Assembly: GCF_001194135.2 (NCBI RefSeq)
Contig: NC_068981.1
Location: 177,250,122-177,314,121, forward strand
Direction of reading: 5' to 3'
From: Octopus bimaculoides
Taxonomy: Eukaryota
Length of the DNA stretch: 64,000 nucleotides
Part shown: positions 1-12,172 of the stretch, in pieces
Layout: every line of letters starts with the position of its first letter
Position numbering within the stretch: the stretch's first letter is position 1
Position numbers and translations under genes: made by a program
Notes under the pieces: model-generated
Database searches by the model: none
What the model saw: the letters and a program-made list of their open reading frames with translations, nothing else
What the model was told of the DNA's origin: nothing

Positions 1-574
1 TGATCTATGTTATCAGAGATCACCCTGGCCTAAAACATAAATACTGATTAGGTATTCATACTTAATATGATTAACAGTAATACAAGTTCAAATTCAATAC
101 TATTCTTATAACAATGTTAGGATTAGATTTTTAAAAATAGAATGTATTTCTTCTGAATTTGTGTTCTAATATTACCCTTTTACACACCTGCTGGTAAGCC
201 ATCACATGAAAAATATTTTATCACTGGCCAAATTTCCTTGTTCTTTCTTCAATCAGTACACACATACACAACACACACCTATGACAAGTAAATTAATTTT
301 CTTTTTCCCTTCTTTTGCAGTGTTAAGAACTTATTATTTTATATAACCCACTTTGGATCAGAAAGATTAGGACAGTGAGCAGCAGAGTACATTTATAATG
401 GAAGTACACACATGGGAAATTTACCAAAAGAAAAAAGTTCCCAGAGGGTAGCCTCTTTCAGAATAAGAAACTATTTGTATTATTCAGTGTAAAATTTTAA
501 AAAGAAATCTAAGTTCATATTGAAATGGGATAAAACAGGAAAATTCAAAAGGGCAGCATTTACTATAGTAGCTA

Positions 575-866
575 TTAACCCATTACCTACCAGTGATCTC
601 ATATGAGATCACTTAAAAATTACAAATTTCGTAATTATCTGTCAATATTTACACATATTTAACCTTTTTGCTATATCTACTAGGTATATTTCTCTGATAT
701 TCAAATGAGGTTTGCTAATTTTTCACCCAATATCTTGCTTATTTCTATTTAAAATGTTATTTTGAAATGTTATTTTGATCATTCCAGTGTGTTTCTAAGG
801 CTGTTTTATGCTAGAAATCAAAGTTTCATAAAAAAATTAATAGAATTATGGGAGGTAATGGGTTAA
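575..866. mobile_element. piggyBac-like MITE (non-autonomous)
   Basis: TTAA at 575-578 and 863-866. TIRs CCCATTACCTACCA (579-) and TGGGAGGTAATGGG (-862) match 13/14. TTAA TSD plus CCC-starting TIR is the piggyBac signature. Perfect 20-bp palindrome GTGATCTCATATGAGATCAC at 593-612. Confidence 0.75.
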
Positions 867-1983
867 GAGAGTATACAAAATAAAAAGATGGTTCAAAATA
901 TATATAGAACTAATTTTTCAGGTTCCCTGAAAAGACTACTTATATCAACCATGAACAGACAATGATTTTAAAAATAGAGAATGAGATGAAAGCTATTAAT
1001 GAGATAAAATTGAACTGGAAAGATAAAGGATCCTGGATATGGTAAAGTTTATAGAAAGGAAGAAATAGGAAGGTGCTATTGGCAATTCTTACAACTATGT
1101 TATATATGGTTTCCAGAAAAGATCACAGAAAATAACTAGTATCTCTGTTATAAATTTCTTTTGCTCTGAGTCCCTTAATATTGCAGTGTAGTATAAATAA
1201 CAATTTTAAAATAAGTCATGGTGATTGTTTCAAACACTTCTTATCCATTTTTTTCATTTTTAAACACAGTTAAGAAACCCCACCAGCACCACCACCACCA
1301 CCAAGAAATTACTTTGTTAATAATGTAATACCATTCAATATCAAAATAGTAAAAGGTTAAAATTTTATAAAATAAAAAACACAGAAACAAAAAGTTAGGT
1401 CAAGAATGCCTATATAAGTATAATTTCCCAACAAGAAGCGTATTTACATTATCACACTTAAGTAACCTGGTTACATCAGCAAAATTAGAACAGTTTATCT
1501 TTTTATCTTTACTATAATGGAATTTATTCAAAAGGAAAGAAGTAGAGCTCATGATTTTTGCATGTCCTCTTGGGATAGTGAGGCTGATGTAGCTGATGTT
1601 CAGCTTGAATTTTTGAAGGTTAATGCCTATGGGAAAACATGATAAAAGAAGTTCCAGATAGTTGCAGTTCGAGAAATAACTGCTTAGAAAAACAGCTTTG
1701 TGCAGAGTTCATATTTGGTTGTTACAGAAAAGATATATGTGAATAACCTGGTACACAATTTGCAAATTTAGAAAAAAGGAATCATAGCAGTAATGACAAA
1801 AGCAACACAATATATTTGGTATGCCATTAGTATTCATGTGTTATGTCAGTGAAGTGTGGCTATGTACATGTGTTACGTAAATATATTTGTGTATGTGTGT
1901 GTGTGTGTATTGATATGAATGAAATTACATTCAAAGCTGAAGGCTATTTAACTGTAAATGATTTTATGCAATAATTAAAAGAA

Positions 1984-1990
1984 AAACACA

Positions 1991-2058
<68 letters not shown>

Positions 2059-2066
2059 TACACACA
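1984..2066. repeat. compound (AC)n(TC)n(AC)n microsatellite
   Basis: Read directly; one of many such arrays in the window. Confidence 0.9.
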
Positions 2067-2653
2067 AACAAGGAGAGAATAAGATTTTTAAGAATCTCAT
2101 GAATAATCTCAAGATTTGCTTGCTTTAAGAAGCTAACTTAATTCTTGAGACTGGTTGTAAACTGAGAAAGTTCTGTTATATACTTTTCTTAATATCTTTA
2201 CGTAAAAAAAACAAAAAACAACTTATATGTTATCATCCTAACTAGAAACAAAAATAAGCTTAAATGCAGTCCAGTACATTACTGGTATTTGTCAACCAAA
2301 AGGAGATGAAAGAAAAAGGTATCTCAAATTTGACTTCAGAACAATGACAAATTAAACTACATATTCTAAAATGGCATGGCTTCATTGTATATGTTATGCA
2401 ACATATTATTCTAAGATAGATTTAAGATTTTACTTCAGGAATTATTTTTGAATCAACGACCCTGAAGTAAAATACTGAGATTCTAGGACTTGAGAACTTA
2501 AAATTTTTTTCATCCCATAAGCAGAATTGAAAAATTCAGAGAACTTATATTTTGACATTAAACAATTCATTGTAATTTTAATTTTTTAACTGAAATGTGT
2601 TTCACTATAACTCCTAGTACAGCATGTTTTTAAAAAAGAATTTCGTTTATTAC

Positions 2654-3427
2654 CTGATTAGAATCTCCAGGAGTCACTAATAATGTTTCTTGTTGTGAAA
2701 AACCATTAATGGTACAGTTTTGGTTCTGATCACCGTCATTGCATCCAGAATCCAATTTGGAAAGAGTTGCTGCATTTGATGCATCATCCATTTTAATTTT
2801 GTTGAAGTCATCAGAACCATGCTGTACAAACAATGGTTTTTCTGCACCAGATTCCACAGATTTAGCATTCTCTGGAACTTTTATAATTCGTGAGCTGGTC
2901 TGAATCGCTCCAGGATGTCCTGGAGACAATTTCGAGACAGAGGCATTATCAAAGTTTTCATTACTGAATTCATATGGATCATCATTTAAGTGTTGTCGTT
3001 GTTGATCTTGTTGCTGAGACTCAGGATCCTGTTTAGTCTGTTCTTCATGCTGATGTTGATGCAGTTGCTCCTGGGGTGATGGTGTTGATGATAATTGCAG
3101 TTGTTGCTGTTTTTCACATACTTGTTGTTCTTCTAGTTGCTGTCGTAAACAAGATTGTTGTTCATCCACTTGATTCTGAAACGACTGTGTTGGGACTGAT
3201 GAAATATCATTTACAGTTTCAATTGCACAAGTTTTCCCTGGATGTTCATCATCCTCAGACTGAATGTTTGTTGTCAGATCACTGTCATTATCTTTATTTT
3301 CCAAAGAATCTTTACTTTCTAGTAGTGTAGCTTTTTCATCTTGTGATGAAGGACATTCAGTTTGAGACAGGAGCTGCTCTGTGTTAAGAGTCCCACGATT
3401 TTCCACCACTGACTCTCCTCCATCCAT
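2654..3427 (-). CDS. First coding exon (258 codons) of an unidentified multi-exon gene; acidic, Gln/Ser-rich, probably disordered N-terminus
   Basis: Stop-free 774-nt frame with non-repetitive composition. Acceptor ttctttatttttAG| at 3454-3453 (exon starts 3452). In-frame TAA at 3448-3446 upstream of ATG 3427 marks it as the start. Donor CAG|GTAATA at 2654/2653, phase 0. No recognisable domain, and no downstream exon confidently found in 1-2653. Confidence 0.8.
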
Positions 3428-3613
3428 CACATCACTTTGAAAGCATTACACACTAAAAATAAAGAAACAGACAAGAGATAGTGATACATATAAAACTATG
3501 ACATTAAAGGGTTGAAAAGCAGGCTCAACCTATGAAATATAACAGCAGTTCTCTCTTGAATACAACATACCAACTTAAATAAAAAAGGAGATGTGTTTTA
3601 TGGGAATAATGTA

Positions 3614-3844
3614 CAATTCTTTATTGCCCACAAGGGGCTAAACATAGAAGGGACAAACAAGGACAGATAAAGGGATTAAGTCGATTACATCGACCCCAGT
3701 GTGTAACTGGTACTTATTTAATCAACCCCGAAAGGATGAAAGGCAAAGTCAACCTCGATGGAATTTGAACTCAGAATGTAGCGGCAGACGAAATACCGCT
3801 AAGCATTTCGCCCGGCATGCTAACAATTCTGCCAGCTCGCCATC
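3614..3844 (-). mobile_element. Octopus tRNA-derived SINE, family A (AGGCGGCGAGCTGGCAGAA head), long-tail variant
   Basis: Matches other copies in the window. 16-bp TSD TTATGGGAATAATGTA at 3598-3613 and 3845-3860. Confidence 0.9.
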
Positions 3845-5377
3845 TTATGGGAATAATGTAGTCCTGGACACATCCTACTTTAAATAAAAGTAGAATGATC
3901 ATAACTTGAATGTCTTTCATCATCAGTGTGCTGAGAACAGGATTTATCTCAACAACATTGAAGAAAGTAAAATAGCTAATGAATTCTCATTATAATTACT
4001 AAAAATGTTGTTTTTTTTCTAAAGCAACATTAGAAAATATGAAATTAAATAGCTTTATCCTAAACTTCTTACATTTCTCATTTATAAAAAATAATACCAG
4101 TATAGAAGCCAGACATTAAATGATAATGGTGATGTTGGTGAAAGTGATAACACAGAAAAAACTACCTTATGGTATTCATCTAGTTACATCTCCTTTGTTC
4201 TCAGTTTAATCTTCCAGAGTTAATCAAATAACTAACAGTGAAGTACTGAACTAACTATGTCATCCTGCAAAATGTGGTTTTGTGTCAATGTTAGGAATTA
4301 TTACGGTCTCTAAACGGTTAGTGTAAACAAATTTCTATGCATCCTTCACACATATAAACTATCCACTTACATCTACATCATAACTACACATTTAGTTCAT
4401 TCATTCTATAAACTAACACAACTTGTATATTATAAACTGTTTAGGTAGTTTTCTTAGCTACAAGTGTAAATTGATGTAGAAATATAGAACAAGATTTTTA
4501 TTTTCTGCTAGATGTTATTAATGACAGATTATGGATAAGATGCAAAATACAACACAAATAAGTATATGATATAGTATTAAAATCATTAAGCCAACAAGGG
4601 AGATTTATTAAAATCACTTGATTTGCTATATACTAAAACAGCAACGAAATTTTCCTTCCAATCACATGCTGCAGTCTCAAAAAGGAAAGATAGATTAGGT
4701 AATATAGTTTCTGATATACAAAAAAAAAAAAAAAAAAAAAAGACAAGAGGCTTTTCATTATAAGTCTGCTCCATCAGGGCTGACCTGAGGGTTAAACAAA
4801 AAGAAGATAAATTTATCAACTGTTAGCTGACTTGTGAGGATTTTCCTATGTTTGCTGTGATCTAGCACAAAGCATGATCTTAGCTATATCCACTTTAAAC
4901 CTATAGACCAGATAGTTTACAACATAGAAATTATCATACTGTATATCTACATAAACATAGAGGTAGTGTAATTCTCTCTGTCTATCCATTCAGTTCTGCT
5001 TGCTGTTGCTACTTTTTCCAGAAGATAATTCATTTTTTTCCCTTTCACTTTCTGCTTTTTTTCTTTTTTTTTGCTCTCTCTATCCTTAACTCTTTAAGTG
5101 CTACACTGGTTGGCTGTCTTCAACTTCTTTCTGTTATATTTTTATTCTCCTGGTCAAAAGACTGCTCTATATTTTTTCTCTCCATGTTAACTCTTGTATA
5201 TTCTTGTCTTGCCTTAGTCATAAGACTATTTACATTTCTTTCTTGTCCCACCTGTGTCAAAAGACCACTCACTTGTCTTTTTCTGTTCCATCTCCTTATC
5301 ATTTATTCTGTCATCTTGTCCTGCAGTATTTACTCCCAATAACTTCAAAGTTGTAGCTACTGAATACTAAACAAAAC

Positions 5378-5690
5378 TGGCACTCCATCGATTATGACGA
5401 TGAGGGTTCCAGTTGAACCAATCAACAGAACAGCCTGCTGATTAAATTAACGTGCAAGTGGTTGAGCACTCCACAGACATGCATATCCTTAGCATAGTTC
5501 TCAGGGAGATTCAGGGTAACACAGAATGTAACAAGGTCAGCACTTTGAATTACAGATGCAACTCATTTTTGACAGCTGAGTGGACTGGAGCAACGTGAAA
5601 TAAAGTGTCTTGCTCAAGGACACATTGCACTAATGGAAATCGAACTCATGACCTTATGATCATGAGTCGATTACTCTAACCACTAAACAA
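5378..5690 (-). mobile_element. Octopus tRNA-derived SINE, family B
   Basis: Reverse-complement homolog of the 38716-39035 copy, including the GTGTCCTTGAGCAAGACACTT core. Confidence 0.85.
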
Positions 5691-5749
5691 TGGTTGATGA
5701 AGAGGATCCATTTATTATTTTATCATCTTATTTTGTAATGTCACAGTTA

Positions 5750-6732
5750 AGGGAATTTGTGGAAGAGGTAGACCCAGGAAGACCTGGGATGAGGTGGTGA
5801 GGCACAACCTTTGAACACTGGGCCTCACCGAGGCAAGGACTAGTGACTGAGACTTTTGGAAATATGCTGTACTTGAGAAGACCTGGGAAGCCAAGTGAGA
5901 CCATAACCCGTGGCCTATGCCAGTGGTGTAACCAGCCTATTTATGCATTGCTTGCGAAGACCTGCTGAAGCAAGTGAAATCACAATCAAAACTAAATTCG
6001 CTGACGTGACCAATGACAGCACCGCTTGACTGGCACCCGTGCCAGTGAAACGTTAAAAGCACCATCCGAGTGTGATCGTTGCCAGGACCGCTGACTGGCT
6101 CCCGTGCTGATGGCACATAAAAAGCACCATTCGAGTGTGATCGTTACTAGCGTTGCCTTACTGGCACTTGTGCCGGTGGCACATGAAAAACAACATTCGA
6201 GCGAGGTCGTTGCCAGTGCTGCTGGACTAGCTCCTGTGCAGGTGACACATAAAATACACCATTTGAGCGTGGCCATCGCCATTACCGCCTGACTGGCCCT
6301 CGTGCCGGTGGTACGTAAAAGCATCCACTACACTCCCAGAGTGGTTGGCCTTATGAGGGGCATTCAGCTGTAGAAACTCTGCCAGATTAGATTAAGGCGG
6401 CGAGGTGGCAGAAATGTTAGCATGCTGGACAAAATGCTTAGCGGTATTTCGTCTGCCGCTATGTTCTGAGTTCAAATTCCGCTGAGGTCGACTTTGCCTT
6501 TCATCCTTTCGGGGTCGATTAAATAAGTACCAGTTACGCACTGGGGTCGATATAATCGACTTAATCTGTTTGTCTGTCCCCTCTGTGTGTAGCCCCTTGT
6601 GGGTAGTAAAGAAATAAGAAACTCTGCCAGATCAGACTGGAGCCTGGTGCAGCCATCTGGCTCGCCAGTCCTCAGTCAAACCATCCAACCCATGTCAGCA
6701 TGGAAAGTAGATGTTAAATGATGATGATGATG
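5750..6732 (+). mobile_element. RTE-clade LINE 3' fragment, interrupted by a SINE
   Basis: Degenerate RTE C-terminus (GRPRKTWDEVVRH..L..LGLTEA), repetitive 3' UTR and (GAT)n tail. Confidence 0.8.
6394..6616 (+). mobile_element. SINE family A long-tail variant nested in RTE
   Basis: 22-bp TSD AGAAACTCTGCCAGAT(T/C)AGA(T/C)T at 6372-6393 and 6617-6638. Confidence 0.9.
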
Positions 6733-6868
6733 AATTCATTTATGTTTGTCTTTTCTTTTTGTCACTTTGCCCTAATAAAAATTGTTTTCTTTCACTCAGT
6801 TCTGTAAATTTTGTATGTTTATGTTTGGTTTCAATATTTATACTTCACCAAGTGCATACATTTTCGTG

Positions 6869-6915
<47 letters not shown>

Positions 6916-6954
6916 ACGCACATGTGTGTGTGTGTATGTGTGTGTGTGTGTATC

Positions 6955-7665
6955 ATCACCATCATATCATCATCATTGTTTAACATCCGCTTTCTATGCT
7001 GGCATGGGTTGGACAGTTTGACATGGAGCTGGCTAGCAGGGAGCTGTCCAGATTCCAGCTGTCTGTAGCGGCATGGTTTCTATGGCTGGATGCCTTTCCT
7101 AATGCTAACCACTTAACAGAGTGCACTTGGTGTTTTTTACAGCAGCAGCACAGGTGTGTTAATGCAGCACCAGCACAGATGTTTTTTAAGTGGCACCGTC
7201 ACCTGAAAGGACAAGTCTGTAAGTGTGGAAGACAGCGATTTTACTTAGCTTGATGTGTCTTATCAAGTACAGCAAATCACTACATCACCCGGTCTCTTAT
7301 TTCCTCAGTAAGGCCCAGCATCCAAAGATGTCTTCCTGGATCTATCTCTTCCACAGGTACCCTCCACAATTAGAGCTCAGTAATTCTTTATGCAGCTGTC
7401 TTCATCCATATGCATCACATGACCAAACCAGCACAGTCTTCTCTCTTGCACACAACATCTGATGCTTCTTATACCCAGTTTTCCTTTTAAATCATTTACA
7501 CTTTGCCATGCATGCACACTGACATTACTCATCCAGTGGAGTATGCTGGCTTCATTTCTTTCAAGCCTTCACATAAGTCCTCTGTAGTCAAAGCCCACAT
7601 TTCATTGCCATGTAAAACAGCCGTATGTACAAAGGCATCATACAATCTGCTTTTCAATCGCAAGG
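6955..7665 (-). mobile_element. RTE-clade LINE 3' fragment
   Basis: (CAT)n tail at the left end. Homologous to 19000-19350 in reverse orientation; degenerate post-RT coding region. Confidence 0.8.
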
Positions 7666-7729
7666 AAATTTAAAGTATAAGAAATCTTAATACTTCAATA
7701 GATCTAGACACTGATTCTAAGTGTTTAAA

Positions 7730-7915
7730 TGCACCCGTGCGATGCCATGTAAAAGCACCCAGCACACTCTGTAAAGTGGCTGGTATTAAGAAGGGCATCT
7801 AGTTGTAGAAACCATGCCAAATCAGACTGGAATCTGGTGCAGCTCACCACCTTTGGTCAAACCATCCAACCCATGCCAGCATCGACAACAGACATTAAAT
7901 GATGATGATGATGAT
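7730..7915 (+). mobile_element. RTE LINE extreme 3' end
   Basis: AAGGGCATC.AG.TGTAGAAAC...CCAACCCATGCCAGCAT...GTTAAATGATGATG shared with other RTE tails. Confidence 0.75.
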
Positions 7916-8265
7916 TTATATATACAAGTGAATTACTTATGTACTAATCCATCCTATCACTGTCTGGTCTACTTGGGTTTTATTACTGTAGTTAGTAGCT
8001 TCTAATAGATATAGCATACAATATAACATAATTATTGTTTTATACTGTAGAGTCATGAACAAAAGTATGACTACTTACATGTTTCTAGCAGGTCAATCAT
8101 TTGTTTACTACATTAGTCACTTATATGATAAAGTAAAAGGCAATATTTGTGCAACAAGACAGGAATAAATGCAAGATACTTTTTATTCAGCCTGCTGGTT
8201 CACTGGTGATTTTTCACTGATATGCATATTTTTCATATATAATGTATGTAAATTATACACACACA

Positions 8266-8480
8266 AGGCAGCAAGCTGGCAGAATCGTTAGCATGCCAGA
8301 CGAAATGCTTAGCAGTATTTCGTGTGTCTTCACATTCTGAGTCCAAATGCCGCCAAAGTTGACTTTACTTTCATTCTTTCGGGATTGGCTAAATAAGTAC
8401 CAGTTAAGCACTGGGGGTCAATATAAACAATGTACTCCCTTCCCCAAAATTTCAGGCCTTGTGCCTGTAGTAGAAAAGAA
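8266..8480 (+). mobile_element. SINE family A, short-tail variant
   Basis: Family A head; tail CCCCAAAATTTCAGGCCTTGTGCC. Confidence 0.85.
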
Positions 8481-9119
8481 ATTATACACACAGATATTTG
8501 ATGGTCTTCCAGTTTCCATCAACCAAATTTCATTCATAAACCATTGATAATAGAAAACACTTCCCCAAAGTGTTGTACAGTGGAATTGATTCTGGAACCA
8601 GATGGTTATGAAGCTTACAGTTATGCCAGTACTCTATTAACACTATTGGAACTTAGACAAAATATTTTTCTCTCTTAGTTCCAAACAGATGTTCTATTTA
8701 AATAAAAAGACAAGTAATACTGAACAAAGCTTGAGATACCACTACCTAATTTCAAACTACAGCTGACAAGTACCTTGGGTTACTGAGTTTGACACTGCAA
8801 AATTATCAAATTCAACCTCACACTTCAGATGGGAAAACTGACAGATTTCACAAAGAAACATTATTTTATAAATTTTATGAGCTAACTATTATTTATTTGT
8901 TTGTTTGTTGTTGTTTTTTATTTTTTGCTATTTTTTTTTTTCTTTTTGCAAAACAACAATTACCCCTTGTTCATACTTGCTAAAGGACTGGCTCTCTATG
9001 TTACAGCTAACTGGGACACTATAACTTTTTAGTGCCTTTGCTATAGAGGTTCAGTGAATTTATGACAACAAAAATAACATCTCTTTTTTGTTCTTTTATA
9101 TTTCAAATGATTTTTTTCA

Positions 9120-9300
9120 GCACACACACATGGCTGAGTGATTAAGAAGCTTGAGTTCACTCCCACAGTGACACTTTGGACAAGAGTCTTCTGCTAGAGC
9201 CCCAAGCTGATTAAAGCCTTGTGAATGGATTTGATAGATGGAAATTGAAAGAAGCCTGTCATATACATGTATATACATATATGTATGCATATACGCGCGC
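9120..9300 (+). mobile_element. SINE family C, deleted copy
   Basis: AAAGCCTTGTGA.TGGATTTG.TAGA.GGAAA.TGAAAGAAGCC segment shared with the 11941 and 24484 copies. Confidence 0.7.
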
Positions 9301-9439
9301 GTATGTGTGTGTGCATGCACATACACACACACATGAACGCACACACACACACATGAACGCACACACACACACACACATGCGCGCAGGGGTACCTCCCAAA
9401 TGTATAGACACTTTTATCAGCTGATAACTCAATTTTCAT

Positions 9440-10880
9440 TTCTTTTTAGATTTAAGCCATTAGAGATAATGAAAGGAGCCAGACTAATCCTTGAACTAAG
9501 GAAATTTAGCCTGAGGTGCAAATGCAACTTTGAAACCACAGACAAAATGCAAAGACAATTTAGGAGGGAGATTCAAATAGATCCACCTATGCAACATACA
9601 TTTACTTGAATTGGAGAAGATAAGTTTGAAGCAGATGGAACTGTTCAGAATGACCACAAGAAAAGTTCCAGGACACTGTGGATAGCAATGAGCTCCACAA
9701 AGCAAGAAAGGGTACAAAAAACGAGTTATGCCAGAACCCCAGAAAATATGCGTAGCAAGTGGGATGCAAGATATGAATTTCAAAATCAAGCATCCATTGC
9801 ATTTTGAAACACTGTAATTGGCAAAGTTACATTCCAAGTATGGCCCATGCTCTCAATGAAGATGATCCAAGAGATTTGCGAGATATACAGATATGTTGTT
9901 TGAAAGTATAAATTAACAGCAAACTATACATTGTCTGTTCCATGATACTCAAACTTTTCACAATATATTTTAGCCATCACTTGGTCACACCAGATGAAGC
10001 GCATTTTAACCTTTCTGATTATATTAATAAACAAAACGGTAGGTTTGGACAGGGGTTTTCAAACTGTGGTCCGCAGTCTGTGGACAGCAAATACTTTTTA
10101 TGGGCAATTTGATTTTATATATGTTTTTTAATCGAAATCTTTTAATTGACAATAAACCTATTTGTTAAATACTGTTAAATAAATAAATGTAAAAATATAT
10201 GTTATTTTAAGCAAATATTTATGTATAAATTTCATAAGCGTTTATAAGGGGGTCCCTAAGGTAAAGCCTGAAATATAAAGGGGTCCGCAAATCAAGAAGT
10301 TTGAAAACCCCTGGGTTTGGGGATTGTGAAAGTCCTCCATTCATCAATGAAAGGCCTATGCACACTGAGAGGGTTACAGTGTGGTGTGCAGTGACTTATG
10401 CATGTATGAGTGGCCCTTACTTTTTTTGAGGACAAACATGGTGCAGCTGTAACAGTAACTGCTGAGCACTACAACCATATGTCAAAGACTTTCTTCTTTC
10501 TTAAGCTACAAAGACTTACCCTGACACAAATGTGGGTGCAAGAACATGGTGTCACTAGTTATACAGTGTGACTGTCAATGACAACTCTTCAAGAACAATT
10601 CCCCAGACATCACATTTTGAGATTTGGTGATATCCACTGGCCATCCAGATCACCGGATCTAACCCCAGTGGATTACTTTCTGAGGAGTTACCTCAAGCAT
10701 AGGGTATATGCAAGAAGGCCCCACACAACAGCGAAACAAAAACAAAGCATCTGTAGAAAGATTGCAGCCATTTCAGTTGATATGCTAAGCTGGAGTGTGC
10801 TTCATATGAGAAAGTGAGCTTGTGAATGTTCTCTTCATGGTGGTGACCACTTCCAGATGTACTATTCAAATCTTAGATAA
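9440..10880 (+). mobile_element. Tc1/mariner transposase relic (maT/DD37D-like), interrupted
   Basis: Frame-broken translation gives [53 protein letters not shown] and RFGDIHWPSRSPDLTPVDYFL..YLK.RVY, all typical of this group. Confidence 0.8.
10050..10313. mobile_element. hAT-superfamily MITE nested in the mariner relic
   Basis: 16-bp TIR CAGGGGTTTTCAAACT / AGTTTGAAAACCCCTG. 8-bp TSD GGTTTGGA (10042-10049) / GGTTTGGG (10314-10321). Confidence 0.85.
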
Positions 10881-11940
10881 TATCTTAAACTTCTGTATAT
10901 TAAGTTATGTAATAAATAATTTTGGTACTTTATGTCATTTTTATAATCCAAGATACTAGCATTTAAAATGTGTCCCATCATTATGGCCTACCACCATCCA
11001 AAAAAAAAAAAGATAAACATATTGCCTCCACCACCATCCAAAAAAAAAAAAAAGATATATCTATGATTCTAATAGATAATATTATTGGACACTTCTTTCT
11101 TCTAATTCAAGAAATGATTGTCTCATTGCCACTCATTTCCTTGACACTGATAAACAAATATAGCATACAGTAAAGATAATGCAAACAGGTTAGTTCAACA
11201 TTAGACTTATGAAAATGTAGCTGTTACTATTTGATATAGTAACTAATTCTCCACATTTAGAATACTAGGATACACTCTAGAGCAGGGGTTCACAAACAAA
11301 GGTGTGTGTGTACCCCTTTAGGGGTATGTGAAATTTGTGAAAACACTGGAATTTGAAGTAATCACAATCACCAATGGTGCACTCTTAAATTTACTAAACA
11401 GTGTTAATAATTTTTTTTTTTAATTTTCAAATATGTTGTTTGAAAGTATAAATTAACAGCAAACTATACATTGTCTGTTTTATGGTATCCATAAAATGGT
11501 ATCCACTTATTGTCTGTTCCATGATACTCAACCCTTTCACAATATATTCCACATAAGACATGTGCCAACACTGTTGGACATGACGAATGGCTACACTGGA
11601 AGAAAAATTTGAGAATAGCTCCTCAAGAGGAAATCAATTTAATTGATAACGAAACAAGCTGAGTCAACCTATACCTTATTCCAAAGTTGTATGGTATCAT
11701 TTAGAAAGAACCAGAGAAATTAAAGGGCAAAACGAAGAACAAAATCTCATGAATTGTAAGCAAGAACTCCTTAGAACACGATACTTGACTGAACCCAGAG
11801 CTGTTTAACAAGTCTGTTAGAATAAGGACTTGGGAAGTGAAATATTTTGTATTCCAACCAAAATGGAAATTTCCCGATGGTAGGCCTCTGAAGGAAACAA
11901 ACAAGTGTAAAATTTATATGCAAAGAAATTAAATATTAGG

Positions 11941-12109
11941 CACAGGAGTGGCTGTGTGGTAAGTAGCTTGCTTACCAACCACATGGTTCTGGGTTCAGTC
12001 CCACTGCGTGGCACCTTGGGCAAGTGTCTTTTACTATAGCCTCGGGCCGACCAAAGCCTTGTGAGTGGATTTGGTAGACGGAAACTGAAGGAAGCCCGTC
12101 GTATATATG

Positions 12110-12140
<31 letters not shown>

Positions 12141-12172
12141 ATTTGTTTGTCTGTGTTTGTTCCCCCAACATC
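11941..12172 (+). mobile_element. Octopus tRNA-derived SINE, family C (CAGGAGTGGCTGTGTGGTAAG head), cut by gap
   Basis: tRNA-like A/B boxes (TGGCTGTGTGG, GGTTCAGTCCC), GCACCTTGGGCAAGTGTCTT core and internal (TA)n. Confidence 0.85.

Noticed and set aside
1517-1760. Two short protein-like plus-strand frames (MEFIQKERS..., MIKEVPDSC...) and a minus-strand acceptor at ~1630
   Set aside because: Short and interrupted, with no recognised homology; the minus-strand open frame (phase 1) does not match the phase-0 donor at 2654
5120-5302. 60-aa minus-strand ORF as a possible exon of the gene
   Set aside because: No convincing splice sites; RNVNSLMTKARQEY resembles the linker region of CR1/L2-type LINEs
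6711-7068. CV/YI/TH/RE-repeat ORFs (also 9117-9439, 21046-21368, 24324-24750, 29246-30175)
   Set aside because: Translations of microsatellites or GA/CT tracts
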